DNA of 64,000 nt, taken from assembly GCA_002269645.1 (NCBI GenBank), contig NIVC01000068.1, positions 248,001-312,000 of the forward strand, written 5' to 3'. The DNA comes from Macrostomum lignano (taxonomy: Eukaryota). Below the pieces are notes generated by a model. That model worked only from the letters and a program-made list of their open reading frames with translations, searched no databases and had not been told where the DNA came from. The first letter of the stretch is position 1, and the number at the start of each line of letters is the position of its first letter. The translations under genes were made by a program, and so were the position numbers. Shown in pieces: positions 34,991-46,025 of the stretch.

Positions 34991-37861
34991 TAGACCAGGA
35001 GTGTACAATTTACAATGTACATGTTTAGCCGTGTGGAATATTTCAAGGGCGGGCTTACAAAGCGCATTCATTTAAACCAAATCTAAAAGAAACGGGGGTT
35101 CTCCTCAACAGCTCCCTGCCTCGCTCTGCACGCAACGGAGCCAACAACCCCCTGGGCCCCCACCACCCCTCCCAACAAGCGCTCGGAACACCGCCTCAAC
35201 ACAGGCGCACACACATGGTCGCAGCCGCCAACCCCCCCCCCTCTATTCCGATCCTTGGTCTTGGACTCGCCAGTCGACCATTTGAAAGCAAAAAAATTGT
35301 GGAAAGAAGAGTCAGAACGGGAACGCACGCCGTCGTTTCGATTGCTTACTTACCAATCTTCTTTTGACTTTCAGTATTTTTTTGGCCAATATTTGATGCA
35401 TACTATGAGCAATTATGCAGGGGTACGTGTCATTGTATCGATATAACATGGTTTTAAACTTAGCTTAGAGAATCATTTTGATTAGAAAAGGAAATATTCG
35501 TCTTACAAAATTAGCGAAAAAGATACGCTGATTTAAAATTATAATCCTTTAATAGAGGCCAATGTCCCGATGTACATCACATTTACTCATGCAAAATGTT
35601 CTGACAACTGACGAATGGATGGCCGGATCGCAATAAAATTAATCATACTATAATACATTCGAAGAAAGCACCGTTTTTCGGACTCTTAATCAAACTTTAA
35701 CCTTCTACTCTTTTGGGCTGACCTAAATTTGGAAATTTGATTAGTTCTCTAAAATGAAAAATTAGTAACTAGTATAACTCCTGATGCCACCGTCACAGAT
35801 TAATTATAACCAGAGATTAGTAAATGCTGAGCAAGGAAACAAGAAACCTAGTTTATCATTGTGTCGTATATCGAATCAAACGTTACAGAGAAGAGCAGAA
35901 TAACTTACTTTAATTTGAAGCACGGTAGACTCAGCTTCGAACTATATTCAGAAAAATCTCAACAAATAACAGCAATGTCTGGAATCTTATCTTAATCCTT
36001 TTCGAATCTGAATGTCTTGAAGAGGGTTCAGCAGTTTGCTAAAACTTCAATGCAATTTGCTCAACATATAGGTACCTTTTTCACCACTAAATACGGGGGG
36101 GGACGCACGCACGTACACCTTAATACAGAACATTACACTTTAAGCCAACGCGCCCACGGCTCTTAAAAAAAATCAGGCGGACAGAGAGGCCAGCGAGAGC
36201 GTGCGGGTGGACGTGGGGAGAGGGGTGGGGGTTGGGGCTGCGCGGACGGGGTTGAGGGGGTAAGGGCCTGAGCTGGAACAACTAGGAGCTGGAACAGGCC
36301 ATGCAGAGGGCGACTGTACACCAGTGGGTAATGGGGTAGTTGGCCTGCTGAACATTAACTTGCAGGGTGAAATGTACACACAGACCATTATAGACGGGTG
36401 CAAACTGCAAAGCCAAGCGAAGGCTAAGCAAAACGTTTTCTATAGCAGTAGGAAAGTTAAAAAAAAGTAATAAAAGCAATTAGAGCACTTATTACTAATT
36501 AACTGGGAGTTAAGCTAAACAGCGTACTACACTACCATTAAGAGTAATTAAAATTAAAGCACAAAATTTAACAATTATCACTGGTTAGTGGGTCCTCAAT
36601 TCGAACTGTGATATGAACTCAGGTTAAAGGCCATGCAGGTTCGGTGCAACTTCTAAAGACAAAATGAGCATAAAAGCTCAGAGGTTAGACTGTACAGCAA
36701 CTTGAAACCCAAGAGTACAGTAAACTGGTGCTCCTGTACACTTAAGGACAGATGTACCGCATATCAATGCTAAACTGTTACATGTATTTAAGCCTAACAG
36801 ATTTTGCCACCTTGAAAATTTCTCACACTGTAATACACACGCTAACACCGGGCCCTAAGCCTAAGCTGTTACAGACAAAAATTCTGTGAAAATTGAGAAA
36901 AAAACAAGAAAAACAGAACAATCATTTACATAGTTTTGCTTTTCTGCGCTAGCGCACACACACGCACACAGGAACAGCAGTTGCAGAAACTCTTAAGAGA
37001 CGACGATATATAATAAGATTAATAGTAATGAAGCTTTATATATTGTTGTTGCAAACTTTAAATAATTATAGGCAAACTGCAATTTAAATTTATATACGCA
37101 TATACATAATAATACAGTATCAGATTAGTGTAATCTGACTGATAATGGGAGGCCATAACTATAAAACAAAAAAGAAACCATGTTTATCAATACACACAAT
37201 TTAAACAGCAAAATGGCAGGGTTATTGTTAAATGCAATAGCAAATGTCTATTAGATAAATATTACTGATATATCTAATAAACATGATCAATTACTCGCAT
37301 TTCACACTGTCTTTTACCATAGAAATTGTTTTTTAGTATACTATAGAACACAGCTACTGAGAGTAGTATAAGTAAGGCATTGGTGCATTATAGTTCAATA
37401 TTTATTTAGTTATTAATAATACAGATATACTAGTAATCATCAGTTCAGAGGCCTACACATATTATCTGTGCAAATTGTAAATGCAGTAAGAAACACTAAA
37501 TAATAACAATAAAAGCGTTTAGATTATTTATTTAATGAAATCATTGTACAATTTACAGATCATGATCTATCAATTTTAGCTTTAAAAAACCTGCCTAAAA
37601 TATCAAGGTGAATCTTCTGCAACCAAAATAAATATTGAAACTACAGTGATGGGCGCAAATAATGCCATTATAAACTGTCTGGCCGTTTGTATAAGTAATT
37701 GAGAACCAGAGCGCACACTCCACAAGTACAATTATAAAAGGTACAGTTATTAATATAATGTTAAAAAATTAAACCTAAAAGCCAGAACAAAGATTTAAAA
37801 ATGTTTAGATATAATTGGTGCCATACTTTCCGCAACTTTTAATGATGATTAATCGTTAAAA

Positions 37862-38500
37862 TGGGGTTAGAGAGTACAGTGGTGGCTGGGAGGCGGTTAG
37901 AGAGTACAGTGATGGCTGGGAGGCGGTTAGAGAGTACAGTGATGGCTGGGAGGCGGTTAGAGAGTACAGTGGTGGCTGGGAGGCGGTTAGAGAGTACAGT
38001 GGTGGCTGGGAGGCGGTTAGAGAGTACAGTGATGGCTGGGAGGCGGTTAGAGAGTACAGTGATGGCTGGGAGGGGGTTAGAGAGTACAGTGATGGCTGGG
38101 AAGGGGTTAGAGAGTACAGTGATGGCTGGGAAGGGGTTAGAGAGTACAGTGATGGCTGGGAGGCGGTTAGAGAGTACAGTGGTGGCTGGGAGGGGGTTAG
38201 AGAGTACAGTGATGGCTGGGAGGGGGTTAGAGAGTACAGTGATGGCTGGGAAGGGGTTAGAGAGTACAGTGGTGGCTGGGAGGGGTTAGAGAGTACTGTG
38301 ATGGCTGGGAGGGGGTTAGAGAGTACAGTGATGGCTGGGAAGGGGTTAGAGAGTACAGTGGTGGCTGGGAGGGGGTTAGAGAGTATAGTGATGGCTGGGA
38401 AGGGGTTAGAGAGTACAGTGGTGGCTGGGAGGGGGTTAGAGAGTACAGTGGTGGCTGGGAGGGGGTTAGAGAGTACAGTGGTGGCTGGGAGGGGGTTAGA
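37862..38500. repeat. 30-bp G-rich minisatellite, about 21 copies
   Basis: Unit GGTTAGAGAGTACAGTGGTGGCTGGGAGGC. Confidence 0.95.
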
Positions 38501-39217
38501 AAGTTGAAATATTCGTTATATTTGTTTTGGCCTTAAAATGACAAAAAGTGCATCCAAAAAAGAAAGTACCAACGTACACAGAGTCTATACAGATAAGATA
38601 AAGGAATATTTAAGTTCAGAGCTAATGGTATCTTTGAGAAAAAGATTTTACAAACAGGAATATGCTAATTACACAAATTGGCTTGATTGCACTCCGACTA
38701 ACTAACAATTTAAAAAATCAATCGGCAAAACTGACCATTTTTCAGTTAAAGAATTTACTGTTATTGCAAGGTGCACTTAGCATTGAAGCAAAGGATATTG
38801 ACAAGCTAGCAAAGCAAAGCAAACTGTTAAGCAAAGCAAAGCATTGCGAAACAATACAGTGACAGCTATGCATATTAAATAGCTAAAAGACTAATAACAA
38901 AGCGCAGCAATACAGGCAACGATTTAAAGAAGAATTTCTAATAAAAATCCGCTATAAATTTTATTGAATAATAAAAAACTGATTCAAAACATTAATTTAC
39001 ATAGCATATACACGCACTATACATAGTGGGGGTTATGAATACATAAATATAAATATATCATAAAAATGATTTGTTGTTAAAAAGAGGCAGCGAGTGAGAG
39101 ACAGGCAGACAGAAGAAGAATTTAAAAAATATAAAAAAACTCTTCTTAAACAGGTTCCTCAAGTCTGTTCAACATTAGCATTATAATATTAATATTCAAC
39201 TGTTAACTAGCGAATCA

Positions 39218-40094
39218 TCAGAGCGTAGTGTACGTGAGTTCCTGACGGTCCAGTCCAGATGCAGCGCCGCTAGCAGAGGAGGCTGAGACAGCGCCGCCAG
39301 CAGAGGAGACGGCCACGGTGAGGGCGGGAAGGCCGGAGACGGCCTGAATGGCGCCGCTGGGTCCACCGGAGAGGGCGGCAGCGGCGGCAACGGAGGTGGC
39401 CAGCTGGCTGGGGTCGGACACCAGCAGCAGGTTGGTGAAGTTCGGGAAGCCCAGCTGCTGACCGCTGATCAACTGGAAGGAGGGAGCCACGGCCGCTGCG
39501 GCGCCCCAGGGGTCCGTTGGCGCGCTCGGCGCCCCGCTGGCGCCGCCTCCGGCTGTCGCGGCGGCTGCGGCAGCGGCGGCCGGCTGATAATAGAGAGGCT
39601 GACACAGCTGCCATTCGCCTTGCTGGTTCATCACAGCGTATTGGGGAGTTCCGGCGAACGACGTGATGTTGGGGAGGCTGGCAATGACCGCCTGCTGCTG
39701 TTGTTGCTGCTGCTGCTGTTGGTGATGCAGCATCTGCTGATGCTGCTGCTGCTGCTGCACAAGCTGCTGCTGTTGAAATACCTGCTGGAGATAGAGAACA
39801 AATTATTTCATACTTTTATAGCATTTAGTGAGTTGTAAATAATCACGATCACGCAACGCCACAGGCGAAACCGTCCAACAACCAGCGCTGGCAACAAATT
39901 TGCACACTCCGCCGACTCCTGGGCACTTACAAGCAGGGTACGCACGCAAACACACGCTCACACAGGGTGTACAGCGGTCCTTTGACCTTCTAAATAGGTG
40001 CGAATCGCACACACGGAATCAGCATGGTGTACTCTTTACCTGCTGTTGCTGCTGCTGTTCTTGCTGTTTCATTGTGGCAACTTGTAGAAGCACA

Positions 40095-40125
<31 letters not shown>

Positions 40126-42903
40126 GGGCGGACTTGGCACCTCGACCTGATTTAATACGCTTTCCACTATTCGAAGACGCCGGCCCACTTTGGCCAGCTA
40201 AAGCAGCTTTGCTTTTGCCTTTGCCCTTGCTTTTGCCGCCGCCGCCGCTGCTGCCGGCGACGCCAATTTCGTCGATATTTGCGGCAGCGACTTCGCCAAC
40301 TGTAACGGCGCCTGTAGTAGCGTCGGTGCCGTTAGCGCCTGCGCCTGCGGCGGCTGCTGCGGCGGCTTCTGCTTTCCGTTTGCGACGACGCTCGGCTTTG
40401 AGCACAGATTTGGGATCGGGCTGGCTCACCCGCATCTCAGTGTAGTCTGTGAATACCTGGCCAAGCGATGAGGATTGGCATTGTTGGGATTTGAGGATGT
40501 CACTGCTGCAGGTCTGTTACCTAGCCAATATTATTCGTGAACGATGAGTAGATGCTAACAGGTAAATGAGCAGAGCATGAGCAGACTCAATGAGTAGAGC
40601 ATGAAGAGACTTAATAGGCAGAACATGAGCAGACTCAATGAGCAGAGGATGAGCAGACTCAATGAGCAGAGCATGAGCAGACTTTATAGGCAGAACATGA
40701 GCAGACTCAATGAGCAGAGCATGAGCAGACTCAATGAGCAGAGCATGAGGAGACTTAATAGGCAGAACATGAGCAGACTCAATGAGCAGAGGATGAGCAG
40801 ACTCAATGAGCAGAGCATGAGCAGACTCAATGAGCAGAGGATGAGCAGAGCATGAGCGAACTCAATGAGCAGAACATGAGCAGACTTAATGAGCAGAATC
40901 AATGAGCAGAATCAATGAGCAGACTCAATGAGCAGAACATGAGCATACTCAAGGAGCAGACTCTACTCAATGAGCGGACTCAATGAGCAAAATCAATGAG
41001 CAGAATCAATGAGCAGACTCAATGAGCAGAGTATGAGCAGACTCAATGAGCAGAACATGAGCAGACCCAATAAGCAGAGCATGAGCAGACTCAATGAGCA
41101 GAACATGAGCACTCAATAAGTACAGAATTAAAAAGACGAGATGACATTAAAAAAGACAACAAGTTTCATTGATTAATTTATCAGCTCACCAGCTCAGCGT
41201 TGGGCACAGGGCCTGTCCTGCCCAAGATTTGGTCTCGCATTTTGCGCAGAGCAATGTAGAACGGCAGTTTATCTGCAGCTCTGGGCAGCTGGGCGCACCT
41301 GGCACTGGAGGAGGGCATCACGAATACGGCGATGTCGTCTGTGCCAGGCAGGGGGCCCGGCTGCTTGCCCATGTAGAAATTCTTGTTGCCAACAAATGCC
41401 TCGTAGATGCCTGCGGGAGGGAGACGGCAGCTTCTCTGCAGTAGATTGAGAATCTCATCCTCACATCGTAGAGAGTCTCAGATAGTATAGAGAAGAATCT
41501 CAACCATGGGATTGCATAGAAAAGAATCTCACCCCTAAGATTGCATAAAAGAGAATCCTACCCTTAAGATTTCATAGAGACAGTATCTCACCCTAAGAAG
41601 ATATAGACATTTAGAGGTTAAGAATCTCACCCATAGACTCAGTGTTAAGAATCTCACCCATAGACTTAGTGTTAAGAATCTCACCCATAGACTCAGTGTT
41701 AAGAATCTCACCAATAGACTTTAGGGCTAGCAACCTGGCCAGTATATTACACCCGAAGAGCAAAGTAGTGCTAGCTTACCTTTGCCATTGAAGACAGCAA
41801 TTTTCGGTTTGTGCCGTTTCAGCTTTGTTAACAATATCTCAGCTGCTTCTTTCATCTCTTTCCTGCATTAAATATGATTTAACAAAAACGGCTGTATAAT
41901 GATTTTTTCGATACATATCGGCTAGAAATTAAACAAGCAGTTGTACAGGCTTCTTACCTGGTCAAATCGGCGGCCCCTTTGATCGGGCGGGTAACGACGT
42001 TGGTAAAACCGATGCCGAACTGACAGATCCGATAATCGTCATGGCAACTAAGCTGGGCGCTGATAAGCCCGCTCTCGGTCAGGCAGGACCAGAAGTGGTT
42101 GCCAGGGCCCGCATAGTGATGCCCGGAGTACACGGCGGATAACATGGGGTTGAGGCCGATCTGGGAGGTCAGAGAGCTGCTCAATGTCAGACTGTGAGAC
42201 GGCGACTCAAAGCACACAGGTACTCACCACTACAATGTCCAGGCCGTCAGCGAGGTAGTCTGGTAGGGCGGTGATGGTGCTGGGCAGCGGCTGGTTTTGC
42301 TCGTCCACCAGCAGCTGGCTGCGGAACTTCTCGCAGCGGGAACAGGCGCCGATAGCATTCAGCTCCAGGCGCTGGCGCTTCGTCAGCAGGCTGTAATTGG
42401 AGGGCTGGCTGTGTCAGCTTGGTGAGTGGCTGTGTCATGCAGCTGGGTATGTGGCTGTGTCAGCTTGGTGAGTGGCTGTGTCAGTTAGGTATGTGGCTGT
42501 GTCAGCTTGGTGAGTGGCTGTGCCATGCAGTTGGGTATGTGGCTGTGTCAGCTGGGTGAGTGGCTGTGTCAGCTGGGTGAGTGGCTGGGTCAGCTGGGTG
42601 AGTGGCTGTGTCAGCTGGGTGAGTGGCTGTGTCAGCTGGGTGAGTGGCTGTGTCAGCTGGGTGAGTGGCTGTGTCAGCTGGGTGAGTGGCTGTGTCAGCT
42701 GGGTATGTGGTTGTGTCAGCTGGGTATGTCGTTGTGTCAGCTGGGCGGGTGGCTGTGTCAGTTGGGTGGCTGTGTAAGCTGTGAGTGGCTGTGTCAGCTG
42801 GGTGGCTGTGTCAGCAGACAGCAAATGGGTAGCACCTGACCTTTCCACATTTTTTGCTCCAGGTGGTATCACAACAGGTTTGTTAATAAGCTGTTGCTGC
42901 TGC

Positions 42904-42941
<38 letters not shown>

Positions 42942-43229
42942 CTGTTGCAAAAGCATCAGGTGCTGCTGCTGCTGTTGCTGCGGAGTGGCCGGAGGGGTCG
43001 GCAGGTGCACAGAGGTCACAGATGAGCTGGGCTGAGACACGGGACTCATGAGATGATTGACTTGATGTTGCTGCTGCTGTGGCTGCTGAATGATCACGCC
43101 AGACTGCTGTTCTCCGTTAACCATGCCGTTACCAGGGACATTTTGAACGATCACTGGCTGCTGGGCATAGGAGGCCGCTGAGTTGGTGTGGTGATAAGCA
43201 GGTGCGAAAGTCTGTCCAGCTGCAGTCAT
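39218..43229 (-). CDS. TDG: G/T(U) mismatch-specific thymine/uracil DNA glycosylase (UDG family 2), copy A, 679 aa. Exons 43229-42841, 42390-42228, 42160-41958, 41862-41780, 41410-41190, 40456-40040, 39781-39218
   Basis: Spliced core [40 protein letters not shown]...GIGFTNVV...-KPKIAVFNGK-GIYE...VMPSSSARCAQLPRAADKLPFY matches hallmark TDG motifs; canonical splice sites, exon total 2040 nt in frame. Confidence 0.93.
40563..41118. repeat. Modular AATGAGCAGACTC/AGCATG minisatellite in TDG copy A intron 5
   Basis: 13- and 24-bp modules; homologous array at 46735-47710. Confidence 0.9.
41490..41720. repeat. Degenerate 27-29-bp repeat (AGAATCTCACCC core) in TDG copy A intron 4
   Basis: Homologous to array at 48085-48450. 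Confidence 0.7.
42405..42815. repeat. 21-bp minisatellite in TDG copy A intron 1
   Basis: Unit TGGCTGTGTCAGCTGGGTGAG; source of the LTQP/WLCQLGE ORFs. Confidence 0.9.
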
Positions 43230-43489
43230 AATTGCTTAATAGTTAATAAAAAATTTGCTGCTCGAGTTCACTTGTTTCGCTGCCGTACTGCGATGAAATT
43301 TTATTCTTCAATAAATAAATTTATCAATATTAAGGGTCGTTAAGGCCCGGTTTATCGGTTATAATCGAAGATCGAGTTGCAACTTGGTAAAGAATACAAG
43401 CAGCCTGAAATTGTGTTTTGTTAATGACGATCAATGCAAGTCTATGTCTTTGAAAGCGAATTAACTAACAATTATAGAGGCAGGATTTC

Positions 43490-43930
43490 AGCCAACCACA
43501 GAGCTGGAGATGGTTGGGCAGACAGTCAGCCAATCAGGGATGGTTAGGTAGGGCTCCAGCCAATCAGAGAGCTGGGGAATTTTAGGCAGGTTTCCAGGCA
43601 ATCAGAGAGTTAGGGATGATTGGGCAGGGTCCAAGCCAATAGGAGAGCTGGAAATCGTTGGACAGGGACCCAGCCAATCAGGGATGGTTGAGTAGGGTTC
43701 CAGCCAATCAGAGAGCTGGGAATGGTTAGGCAGGATTGCAGCCAATTAGAGAGCTGGGGATGGTTGGGCAGGATTGCAGCCAATTAGAGAGCTGGGGATG
43801 GTTGGGCAGGATTGCAGCCAATTAGAGAGCTGGGGATGGTTGGACAGGGTTGCAGCCAATTAGAGAGCTGGGGATGGTTGGGCAGGGTTGCAGCCAATTA
43901 GAGAGCTGGGGATGGTTCGGTAGGGAGCCA
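43490..43930. repeat. About 38-bp minisatellite carrying 10 CCAAT boxes, upstream of TDG copy A
   Basis: Unit GCAGCCAATTAGAGAGCTGGGGATGGTTGGGCAGGATT; CCAAT at 43530, 43560, 43636, 43674, 43704, 43742, 43780, 43818, 43856, 43894. Confidence 0.9.
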
Positions 43931-45515
43931 GCCAAGCAGAAAGCTTTGTGGGAGTGATACTTATGAATAGCTAGCAAATAGCACGCCGCCAAAGAAGCAA
44001 AAATGCAATACACAGTCGAGTCAGAAGACAGACAGCAAGCGCATAGAACAGGAGAGACATGTGTATTTGAAAATTTCTCTGCAATACATAAACATTTCCG
44101 ATTCATTTACTGAACTATATATAGAGGCAGAGAATAGTGAGACACATATGAGTAACATGATCATATTAATAAAGGATCCAAAATTACATAATTTCCTCAG
44201 TGCCTGTGCTAATCAAGCAGAAAACAGTTTACTCAATACTAGCACAGCATTTTAATCGGTAAGCTGATTTATTATTTAGAACCAACAATAGTACACAAGA
44301 ATGATCCTATATAATGATATGAATTAAACTTATCTCAAAACTGTAATGACAATATATATAAGACAGCTAAGCAGTAAAAATGCCGCCAACAATTATTTTT
44401 AAAAAAGAAAAAAACACTGGATAGAGACGGAACCATAAAACGAATTATAACAAATACCTAGTAGTAATAAGCAGTATTAAAAATGAGTTAAATATATATA
44501 CGCGACAATAACACCGTTGCCATTAGTCAGCTTTCATGTAAATATATAATTTAATGTACATAGACAGCAAGCAGTGGATCTGTACAGAAGATGGAATGCA
44601 TGCTTAGAGACAATAGAGCTGTGGACCAACATGTATACAGTTTCTATATAATCATATAAAGGGGATTTAACTGGGTCGGGGCCTGCTGCGGTCGCCTTAC
44701 TTAAAACCAATTTTTTATACATTTCAGTAAATATTACTACTAACAGTAGAAAACTGAGAGACATAAAAACAAACAAGCAAAATTAAACAATGAAGCGGAG
44801 AAGCGAGTTAATAGCTACTATTAGTAACCAGCAGTCGGCATGAGAAAAGAATGGGAAATATAATTTTAGCACACAGAAATTTTCAAGTTTGCTAAACAAT
44901 AAAGCAGAAATGAAATTAACTCAACCAGCTCAAGTGCATGCTGATTATCTGTACAGAATTAATTTTAATATGAGTAAAAACTTCACAGCACAGCAGGCAG
45001 CAGGCAATCACTTGAAGCAGCAAAAAATTGGTTTCATAATTCTGTTAGCTGCAGAAGTCAGAATATAATATTTAACACTCAACAAATATTACAGAGGATT
45101 CTATTATTTTATATTATTGTTAAGAAGTGCAATAAAGGTTTTAAAAGCGATTCAAATAACACCAAACATGCACAGTTTGTTTAATTACTATACGCGTGAT
45201 GCATTTAAAAACAAAAAATCAATAATATATTCAACATTATATTTATAGATAAATATATGATCAATGATAAAACAACTTGGCAGCAGAGGCTGGATGCGAC
45301 AGATGAAATATGGCTAAATTTTAAAATCAAACCACAAAGGTTTCAAACATCAAAACGTGCAAATCTTTTAAAACTACTTGTAGTAGCTCCTTGTTAACGC
45401 GTTTGACTTTCGCTTTAAAAGCAGCAAATGAAAACCGATCAACTACTCATAGTAGAATGTCCCAATAAATTTTTTTACCGCAACTAAACCCTGCAGATGC
45501 TACTAAAAAGAGATA

Positions 45516-45989
45516 TTAGAGCGTAGTGTACGTGAGTTCCTGACGGTCCAGTCCAGATGCAGCGCCGCTAGCAGAGGAGGCTGAGACAGCGCCGCCAGCA
45601 GAGGAGACGGCCACGGTGAGGGCGGGAAGGCCGGAGACGGCCTGAATGGCGCCGCTGGGTCCACCGGAGATGGCGGCAGCGGCGGCAACGGAGGTGGCCA
45701 GCTGGCTGGGGTCGGACACCAGCAGCAGGTTGGTGAAGTTCGGGAAGCCCAGCTGCTGACCGCTGATCAACTGAAAGGAGGGAGCCACGGCCGCTGCGGC
45801 GCCCCAGGGATCCGTTGGCGCGCTCGGCGCCCCGCTGGCGCCGCCTCCGGCTGTCGCGGCGGCTGCGGCAGCGGCGGCCGGCTGATAATAGAGAGGCTGG
45901 CACAGCTGCCACTCGCCTTGCTGGTTCATCACAGCGTATTGGGGAGTTCCGGCGAACGACGTGATGTTGGGGAGGCTGGCAATGACCGC

Positions 45990-46025
<36 letters not shown>

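Noticed and set aside
36173-36403. Pro/Ser-rich minus-strand ORF as an alternative last exon of TDG copy A (also a G-run cluster on +)
   Set aside because: Phase-compatible acceptor exists but the sequence is low-complexity and has no counterpart downstream of copy B; unsupported without transcripts
37862-38500. Interstitial telomeric repeat
   Set aside because: Only a single GGGTTA per 30-bp unit, no tandem TTAGGG
42435-42840. LTQP-repeat extension of the TDG N-terminal ORF
   Set aside because: Read-through into intron 1; the GTCAGG donor at 42840 joins in phase to exon 2 in both copies
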